This document shows positions 54,749-64,000 of a stretch of DNA of 64,000 nucleotides, one piece after another. The stretch is from NCBI RefSeq assembly GCF_009834535.1, contig NC_045698.1, positions 7,876,001 to 7,940,000 on the forward strand. The letters are read 5' to 3'. The position numbers were made by a program, and so were the translations under genes. A model generated the notes under the pieces. It worked only from the letters and a program-made list of their open reading frames with translations, searched no databases and was not told the origin of the DNA. Every line of letters starts with the position of its first letter. Positions within the stretch are counted from its first letter, which is position 1. The stretch comes from Camelus ferus. Lineage: Eukaryota.

Positions 54749-55591
54749 TTTGTTTTTCTAAGTGTATATGCACATATACAGACATAAAACATGAGTATTT
54801 TTCATTCTTACATCCTGATTTGAAAATACAAATACATGAAAACTGAGGCTTTTAAATGTTTTACAATATGGATGGTATGGTTTGCTATAAAATACATTTC
54901 CATGAAACAAATTTAAGACAATCTAAAGGCATTCTATTAGACCAATTTTTCCTGTTTTTTAACAACTAGAAAAGAGATAGGAAAGGAAAGGGGTAAAGTC
55001 AAAGAAAAGGTAAAGGACTAATCTAATATCAGAGGAAAAGAGAATGGATGAAAAGAAGATGGCATTTCAGATGACTTGTCACCGGGCTGTTCGCTCCATC
55101 ACCTTTCTCACGAATCCATTAATCAGTGTAACCTAATTCCAAGTCAGGCGTGGACAGAGGTTCCCTATCCACATCCCCTCCACCTTTCCAGACTGGCTCC
55201 ATCTGCGCCTCACATGCCAACAAACTTATCACAGCGCTTTGACCCAAATCTCTGAACTTTCTGCCCAAGATTATCTCTGCAACCTACACATGCTTCCCGG
55301 ACTTCAGAGAACCACAGTGGATCTCCGGTCAGAGACAGCTTAACCACCTCTGCTTGGATGATGACTTGGCAAAGTGCATGCAACAAGGCAGGATTTCTTT
55401 GGGGGGAATTCAGCAAACCAGTGTGTTGAAGGCGGCCCTCAAAACTGTGAGCTTTGGTTAGATGATCTGGACACAGAGGCATGCTTGAGTGTAGAATGAG
55501 CAGCCTCCGGGGACACTGGGCTAAAGGCTGATGTGTCTGGCAGGAGTCAAAAGTGGGAAGCAGCTGAGAACTCTGCATCTGTCTTGCTAGA

Positions 55592-55701
55592 GACACACAC
55601 ACACATGCACTCACGCATACATACACATGCACATTCACATCCATTCACAGTCACACACATATACTCACACACATACACACTCACACACACAAACACACAC
55701 C
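55592..55701. repeat. Imperfect (CA)n microsatellite
   Basis: Read directly. Confidence 0.9.
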
Positions 55702-55819
55702 CAGTGGTCCCTGATGGAGGGAGAGAGATGAGTGGAGAAAAATGGACGTATCCAAGGTTTCTTTGTGAACAAATGAGAAATACTTGTTTCGCGCACATTT
55801 CTCTTCACTCCTCTTTCTT

Positions 55820-56305
55820 CCGCGGTGGTGTTCTGACATTCCCTGCCCATGCAGCAGTCCAGTCCTTCTCCCATGAGTGCGGCTTGGACACAGTGCCTCG
55901 ACTTCCGATCAACAGAATACTGAGGAGATGACAGAGTGGCTCCTGAGACGAGGCCACAGAAAAGGCACTGGGGCTCCCTCCCAGCTCTGTCTTGGATTGT
56001 TTGTTTGACAGGGAGCCTGCCATCAAGCTGTGAGGATTCTCATGCAGTACCATGAGGAAGTCCACGTGGAAAAGAACCAAGGCCTCCAGCCAACAGCCAC
56101 GGGAGCGAACGGTCCTGGCAGTGGATGCTCCAGCCCCAGTCAAGCCTTCAGATAATGCCGCCTCATCAGCATGGTACCCTGAGCCAGAACCACGCACACC
56201 TGCACTTCTGGGCTCCTGCCACTCAGATATGGTTGGGATAAATGTTTATTGTTTTAAACTGCAAAACTGAGGGTTGATTTGTTACACAGCAGCAGGAATT
56301 AACAC
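55820..56305 (+). mobile_element. MaLR solo LTR, MLT1F-like
   Basis: ccacgtggaaaagaaccaaggcctccagccaacagcc...ccagccccagtcaagccttcagat...gatttgttacacagcagc. Confidence 0.72.
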
Positions 56306-56619
56306 CCATTCCTTTTCCTTCCAGCTCCTTTCCCTCTGTCTACTGGACTCACTTTTTCCCCTGTATAACACTTTTTTTCTAGTTACATCTCTCATTCTGA
56401 GATTCACTTGTTTTATCACTCTCTTCAATTCCTCCATCCTTTTCTAAAGTCTATTGTGAGATTACAGAAGATATAGGAAGCGGAATCCAGCTACATTTTG
56501 TAACTAAATTTAAAATGCATCTTAATTTGGATAACAAACGATATTTCATCTTGAAAAATGTATCCTTCTCCATATTTGCAACTTATTAAATGGCCACTGT
56601 CTTTAATGTGGAATAATCT

Positions 56620-57061
56620 TGTATTAGTTCCTGACTGCTGCTGTAACAAGTTGCTGCAAATGTAATGTTTAAAACAACACACATTTATCATTTCAGTTCT
56701 CCAGGTCTGAAGACTGAAATGGGTCAGCAGGCAGTGCTCCTTCTGGAGACCCTCGTGGAGAATTTCCTTGTCTTTTTAAGCTTCTAAAAGCTGCCCACAT
56801 CCCATAGCTTGAAGCCGGCACTACTCCGACCTCAGCATCCATGATCACAAACTCTTCTCTGATTGATCTTCCCCCCTCTTTGTTATAAGGACACTTGACA
56901 CATGGAGCCTGCTGGATAATCCAGGATAATCTCCCCAATTTCAAGATCCTTAACCTAATCCTATCTGCAAAGTCTCTTTTATTACGTAAGATAACATTCA
57001 CAGGCTCTGAGAACTAGGACTGTGGACATCTTCAGGGGGGACCTTTGTTCAGTCTACCACA
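56620..57061 (-). mobile_element. MaLR solo LTR, MLT1D-like
   Basis: tgtattagttcctgactgctgctgtaacaag...ggataatccaggataatctcccc...atctgcaaagtc...ttcagtctaccaca. Confidence 0.82.
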
Positions 57062-57574
57062 CATCCCTTAAAATATTCTGTTACACTTGAAACAAGACTA
57101 CATTTCTGATTGTAGTTTCAAGATCAGGCCTTTCCCTGATTCTCTAAATCCATCTTGAATCAGATCCTTTGGTTCATTCATTTACTCAGTCCGTGCATAT
57201 TAAGGACCTCCTGTGCGCCAGGCTCTGTTTGATCCAGTCGATACTTAGTGAACAAAACAAAAAGTCCCTGCCCTGGTGGTTCTCCCATCTCTGCAACTCA
57301 TTACACTCTCACCATCATTGCCTTATTTCTTTTCCTTGAACAGCAAGATTGTTTGTAACTCACATCTCTTGGACTTACTGCTCTCTCAGTCTGGAACATT
57401 CTTCTCCAGACCTTTCCAAGGCTGATCCGTCTTTCTGCTCACATGTTGCTTAAATGTGCTGAACTCGGAGAAGCTTTCTTGGATCAGTCTAAACAACCTT
57501 CCCAGACTCTTACTACCCGATCTCCTACTTTAATTTTCAGCAGATAACTCATCACTAACTCGTATCTCCCATAC

Positions 57575-58430
57575 TTTTTCTTTTTCCCTCCAGTTATACT
57601 GAGATATAATTGACATATAGCCCTCTACGAATTTTAAGGTGTATGGCATAACGATTTGACTTACGCACCTCAAGACATGATTATCACGATGGGTTTAGTG
57701 AACCTCCATCATCTCATACAGATACAACATTAACAAAAGAGAAAAACATTTTTTTCCTTGTGATGAAAACTTTGAGGATTTAGTCTCTTAACCACTTTCA
57801 GATATAATGTTCAGCAGTGTTAACCTCATCACGTTGTACATAAATTCCTGGTACTTATTTATCATATACTTGGACTTCTGTACCTTTTGACTGCCTTCAT
57901 CCAGTTCCTCCTTCTCCTGTCCCCCACTTCCAGTAAGCACTAATCTGATCTCTTTCCCTATGAGTTTGTTTGTTGTTTTTTTTAACATTTTTTATTGATT
58001 TATAATCATTTTACAATGCTATGTCAAATTCCAGTGTAGAGCACAATTTTTCAATTATACATGAACATATATATTCATTGCCACATTCTTTCTCTGTGAG
58101 CTGCCATAAGATCTTGTATATATTTCCCTGTGCTATACAGTATAACCTTGTTTATCTGTTCTGTAATTTTGAAATCCCCATCTTTTTGAAGTATAATTGA
58201 CCTACAACACAATGCTAGTTCCTTTTACACAACAGAGCAATTTGATATTTCTGTACATTTCAAAATGATCACCTTAAGTCTAGCTACCACCCACCTGTCA
58301 CCATACAAAGACAGTGCATAATTACTGACTGTGTTCCCCACACTGTTCATTTCATACCTATGACTTTATTGTAACCAAAAGTTTGTATCTCTTAATCTCC
58401 CTCACCTATTTCTTTCCTCCCCTCATTCCC
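57575..58430 (-). mobile_element. Older L1 3' region with a nested younger camelid-type L1 3' end (~57976-58180)
   Basis: Outer: gagatataattgacata...ctgatctctttccctatgagtttg and gaagtataattgacctacaac. Inner: ttttaacattttttattgatttataatcattttacaatg...ccagtgtagagcacaattttt...ttttgaaatccc. Confidence 0.78.
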
Positions 58431-60035
58431 CTCCCATGCTTTTTCATTACTTGGTTTTCTGTCATTTGCTCACTGCTCTCCCCCCAAACAAGGTCCCAGT
58501 GAAGAAATGAAAGCAAAGACCCTGTGTGAGTGGTCACAGCGTATGGAACATATACAGCACACAGAATATGCTCTGATGTGCATTCAGTGCTCACCAAATG
58601 GGTGCTAAATGAATACAGGAATTAACTGGATGATGTAACCCTTAAGGATGATGTGTGCTCCAAGCAGTGACCATTTTTAAAGTATTATACTGCTAGCAAA
58701 ATGAAGTAATGATCTGACAGAATACAACAGCAGATGCAAGATGTAATGTTAAAAATAACAAATCCAAAGGAGAATACAAAAATGTTATTTACACGGGAGT
58801 ATGACCTTTGACACTACAGAAATTCTACTTTCAGTGAGTAGAGAAAAAATTTTATCACCAAAAGGCATTAATTAATCTAGTTAGAAGGTTTATTTTTAAT
58901 GTGTCATTCAGGTAATTTTCTTACATTAATTCCCTGATAATTCTACATTAGCCAAGGTAATACTAAAATTTTAATCAAAAAAAAAAAAAACTGGAATAAA
59001 CTGAATTCACAGTGGTCTTCAGCAGCCATAACAAAGTAGCCCATTTATTCTTACCTGAAAATAACATAAAAATGTTTTAGTGTTTTGGTTGATGGTCAAT
59101 AGCAAATTTTAATTTATCTGAGAAAAATATTCTAATTTCTTCCCGAATATAATCTGTAATAAAATTATTTTATAGCATCTTTCCCCTAATTATATGTATC
59201 TAATAGCTTTCCTTTATCAGGATAAAATTATTGCTGTTCCAAACATAATTTTGACAGTAGGTTTAGTTGAGAAGACATTTAAATAACTAATTATGTATAC
59301 TAAATATATTTAAAATATAGTTTATTTTTATTTCAGGCACAGGATGGCTTTTTTCCTTGGGATTATCCATATTCATGAGCAGTAATTGGTTTATTAAAAT
59401 TTCTTTAATAAAATCTTAATCACTTTCATTGGATCCTTTAGTTTGTTTTAATAGAGGGTAATTATGGGGTTTTCTTCCTAAAAGAGATAAAGACTATCTT
59501 AAAAAAAGAACTCAGATTGTTCAAAAAAAAAGTATTTTAATAATTTCTAGTGTTAAATCATGATAAAATCAAACACTGCCTGGTGGATATGCAAGAATTT
59601 CCTATGACCCCCTCATTTAATGTTTTTAGTTTTTAGACCTAAAACACAATCCCTGAACATGGCTCAAAACCAAAGAAAAATCGGGCTGAATTCATTTTAA
59701 ATGAGTGCTTTAAATTTTCATCTTCAATTAATCAACTAATTAAAAATTACCTTACTGTAAATATAAATATTTATTTTAAACTATTCTATCACTTATCTTT
59801 TTCTTAGAATGAAAATTTGTGCACCTGCAGAAAGTACAGAAGAAGAAGAATGGGGTAAACAAGTTTATCTTACAAAAATGTCAAGGTCCAGGCCTGGTAG
59901 GGGGTGGGAATGGGATGCGCCTGGGGGGCTGCCATCACTACCTTCTCCATCCCCACCCAGTCCCACCTTGAGTCATGGGTGGGTAAAGAGTGACTGATCA
60001 AAGTCTGGGGGCCCAAGACACCCTGAGCTTGTACC

Positions 60036-60172
60036 GTGTGCATTTATGTGTGTGTGGATATGCACACATGCGAGTGTGTGCATGTGTGCCTATATGCATG
60101 CGTGTACAAGTCAGAAAGTGTGCACATACATGCACAAGCATGTCTGGGTGTGTGTGCACACTGTACATATGA
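60036..60172. repeat. Degenerate (TG/CA)n purine-pyrimidine alternating tract
   Basis: Read directly. Confidence 0.85.
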
Positions 60173-60401
60173 GTATTTAGATGCATCACATAAACACTCT
60201 CAACCTGTCCCTGAGAAGTCATGACCCTCAAGGTGTGACTTAGAATTAGGATTGTTTTGAGAATCCTTCCGGACAGTATATGGGAGAGCCTCAAATAGAT
60301 TCAAGCATCACACTCACTTAATGCTTTTAAAAATAAAAGCATTGATCTGATTTGATGATTTTACCAACTAGTTTAGTTGTTGCTATAATAACACATAGTT
60401 C

Positions 60402-61563
60402 AAAGCAAGAATCAACAAGTGGGACTACATCGATCTAAAAAGCTTCTGAACAACAAAAACAACAAAACAAAACGGCAACCTATGAAATGGGAGAAGATAG
60501 TTGTAAACCATAGACTGGATAAGGGAATAACATCCACAGTATACAAGGAAATTATACAAGTCAATAACAAAAAATGAATAAACAATCCGATTAAAAAAAT
60601 AAACAGAGTCGAACTGAGTAGACATTTTTCCAAAGAAGACCACCCAAATAGACAACAGGTACATAAAAAGATGCTCAGCATCACTAATCATCAGGGAAAT
60701 GCAAAGAAAATCACAGTGAATTGCCTCATGCCCATTAGAATGGCCATCATCAAGAAGACAAGAGACAACAAGTGTTGGAGAAAAGGAAACTCTCAGTGCA
60801 CTGTTGGCAGGAATGGAAGTTGGTACAGCCACTATCATGAACAGTATGGAGGTTCCTCAAAAATTAAAAGCAGAACTACCGTCTAATTCAGCAGTCCCAC
60901 CTCTGGGTTCACTGCCAAAGGAAATGAAAGCAAGAGACAGGAAGGATACCTGCACTTGCATGTTCGCTGCAGTGCTCCTCACAGCAGCCAAAATACAGAA
61001 ACAACCTAAATTTCCATCAACAGATCAACTGATAAGAAAGATGTGGTGCATATATAAGATAGAATATTATTCAGTCATGAGAAAGAAGGAGATCCTGCCA
61101 TTTGGACGACACGAATGGACTTTTGAGGGCATCGTGCTAAGTGAGGTAAGTCAGACACAGAAAGACAAATACTGTGTGCTGTCACTCATGTGGAATCTAA
61201 AAATACCAAACTCATAAAAACAGAGAGTGGAATGGTGGCTATCTGGGGCTGGGGCTGGGGGACCTGGGGGGATGTTGTTTAAGGGTACAAACTTCCAAGC
61301 AGTGGTTAAACAAGTTCTGGAGATCTGATGCACAGCACAGTGATTACAGCCAACACTGCTGTATTCTGAATTTCAAAGTTGCTAAGAGACTAGATTTTAA
61401 TTGTTCTCACCACAAAAAAGACAATAATTATGGCATGTGGTAGAGGTATTCGCTAGCACAAAGACAGTAATCAGTGCAATATATAAATGTAACAAATCTA
61501 CACACTGCACACCTTAAACTTACACAATGTTACAGGCCAATTATCCTCTATAAAAATAAAAAT
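60402..61563 (+). mobile_element. L1 fragment (L1MA-like): decayed ORF2 C-terminus plus 3'UTR
   Basis: gggactacatc...aaaagcttctg; ORF 60804..61217 resembles ORF2 C-terminal remnants (MWCIYKIEYYSVMRKKEILPF); frameshifted; A-rich end. Confidence 0.88.
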
Positions 61564-63087
61564 TATTTTTTAAAAATGTGTTATGTAAACACCATTTTGA
61601 GAAGAGTGTTATTTCAGGAAATGGATGTGAAAGCCATTTTGTAATCCATGCAGAAAAGTGTTTGAAGACACACGTAATAAAGATGGTTATGAGTGCATAA
61701 AAAAAGAAAACATTATTTTAACACTTAGTGCCCTGCAGCATAGGAAATTTTAAAGAGTAATTACATACATTAAGAGTATTGTATATGATATTGTTCCAGG
61801 AAATTAGAATTGAATGAGGGATACCGTGACAGAGACTTACTGGATTTTATCAATAAAATGTAAGTATTTCCAGGATATATGGGGTGAAGAAAACTCTATT
61901 TGAACTTCTGTCCTACTTTGTAAACTTTCTCTCAAGAGCAATTCGTTCTTTGACAATAAGTGATTGCAACACTCAATTTATAAGAAACCTACATTGAGAC
62001 CATTAAAAATAATATAAAAAATTAAAAATGGGTAGTTCCTTAGGCCAAACCTCCTCCAGCTTTCTTTCTGAGGTCCCGGGAGTTGGCCGACCAGAAGGAA
62101 TGGCCTCTGAGTTCTCTTTAACATTCCAGGGCAGGAAACTGCAGTGACCTTGGGGCTGAGGTAAAGGTTAATCCTTTTAGGATCTGACCCACCGAATCCT
62201 TCGAAGTTGAGAGGCTCACAGAGATGAAATGAAAGGGCCGCAGGGGCTGGTGCACGCGTGCGAGGAGCGGATGGGAGAACTGAACCGTCAGAATCAATTA
62301 CTGCAGACTGTCGCCTACCATCATCACTTCTGCTCCACAAACAGAATTCTTTTTAAAATAATCACATAAATACAAATGCTGAGATTCAAGCAGAATTATT
62401 CTTGCTCATTTTCAAAATATGTACAGACTTTGGTTAACTCCAGAACCAACAAAGAGCGGGCTATTCTTTACACTAGGAAGTAAATCAGATCTGTGCTACT
62501 ACACACTAAATTCTGGTCTAAGCTGATTCGTCCACCTGGGCCCCCATGAAGTTCGCAAACAACTTTGTTACAAGGTACGGCCATCAACGCTAAGGCGTTG
62601 GTTTGGTCCAAAGCCAAAACTGATCCCAATAACACTCTGATGTTTAAATTTTAGCACGGGCAGCATACATAAAAAGTTTAGATCCATGGTATAGACTGAG
62701 TGTAAGCAAGAGCTCCACATTCACTTAAATTTTTGATGAGTAGCTGAAAAAAATGATCTTGACTGTTGTTTCAGAGTCTGAGCTAATTTAATTTAAAATT
62801 AACTAATTTTACAGACAAAAGATAATGACATTTTTTTGAAGCAGGCTCAAGACTCAGGTGTGTCTATGATCTCTCTTTCCATTCTAAGTGGAGTCTGCAG
62901 ATCCAAGTTTCTTTAGAATTCTTCTATGAAATGTTCACAATAATGAAAGATCAGGCCAGATTCCAGGCATGGGAAGTGAGGCTTCTCTCCAACTGGAACA
63001 AGGCAATGTAGCTCCTGTCCAAGAATAGGGAAGCTTTTCCATGGCAATTTTTTGTAAATTAAATCGTAGTTGAAAATAGTTTTGATG

Positions 63088-63647
63088 TAAAGCGTACTAG
63101 AATATGCCACCCCAAAGCATACCTCTTTGGTGCATGCATAATTTTGAGCACCAGCAGAGACAGGACAAGCTCTCAATGCAGCACAAGTTTTCCTATTGTA
63201 AAGGAATTTATCTTTACAAAGGAAATTTCCATTGGTCAAGAAGTCTCCCTCTCTGGTACCAGGAGGAGGAAATTCTTAACAACTCATCAATGGAGAAGGC
63301 ACTGACTTAACTCTGCACAACAATCCTTAACATACAACCACTGTAACAAATCTTAACATGCAACCTTTGTTTACCACGTTTCCTGGTCTCTTTCTCGTAA
63401 CTTGTCTCCGCCTCCTGGAAGCCACACCCCTTTTCCTTTGTTAGCCTAAGATAGTATCTAAGCCCAAGGTCTACCCATCTCTTTGGGTTATGCATCACTG
63501 GGCATCCCCCACGTGTATGTGTCATGTATATATTAATAAATTTCTGTTTTGCTCTTACTAATCTGTCTTTTGTCTGCCTAAATTACGGGACCTCAGCTGG
63601 AGAATCTAAGATGCGCAGAGGAAAAAAAATTTTTTTTCTCCTTTACA
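63088..63647 (+). mobile_element. ERV1 solo LTR, MER34-like
   Basis: agaatatgccaccccaaa start motif; AATAAA near 63535; ends ttctcctttaca; candidate 4-bp TSD GATG (63084-63087 and 63648-63651). Confidence 0.72.
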
Positions 63648-64000
63648 GATGTCAACATCTCATAGTAACCATCTGTGAAAGTCATGGGTTCACGTCTGAT
63701 CGCAGCATTTTGTAAATGAACCATAGAATTCTGTATTTTTCAATTCCCAGAGCTCAAGTTAGGAATATAAAATTGTGCTTGCTTGAAACTATAGCCTTCT
63801 GCAATAACCTTGGATAGGCCAGAACCTTGAAAAAAGTGTCACCAAGGTACCCAGGCTGAGTTTTGTAATCTCTGGAAACTGGCCCCGGGCCTCTTTTTCT
63901 AAAAGAGGCTGCAGTTAAAGATTAAGTCCTTTTTCCTGACAATTGTCATATTCCTATATGTGCCAATAAAAATGAGTTCTTATACTTTGGTTGTGTTTCT

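Noticed and set aside
60671..61217. Functional reverse transcriptase / ORF2 gene
   Set aside because: Only a frameshifted C-terminal remnant of an old L1; no RT or endonuclease domain.

Overview
This is mammalian genomic DNA, not microbial, and most likely camelid: it carries a tRNA-derived Vic-1-type SINE and a camelid-type L1 3' end. The whole 64 kb lies inside CTNND2 (delta-catenin), transcribed on the minus strand. Four internal armadillo-repeat exons are present: 52588-52771 (184 nt, not shown in-frame in the ORF track), 20396-20513 (118 nt), 15060-15245 (186 nt) and 827-1000 (174 nt). All have GT-AG boundaries and join in one open frame of 662 nt; from memory they match human exons 12-15. 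The rest is intron containing MaLR (MLT1) LTRs, three ERV1-type LTRs (one still followed by a tRNA-Arg primer-binding site), hAT MITEs (MER20/MER5/MER58), 5'-truncated L1s, MIR/L2 and microsatellites. Nearly all other ORF-track entries are spurious. I found no convincing new multi-gene system. The best leads concern splicing and regulation: an L1 insertion whose target-site duplication copied an exon's branch point, a recursive-splice-site or poison-exon candidate near 59055, a MER41-like LTR with a GAS motif, an E-box/AP-1/CRE cluster, and three apparent lineage-specific amino-acid changes in the ARM domain. Repeat subfamily names and human exon/residue numbers are recalled, not searched.
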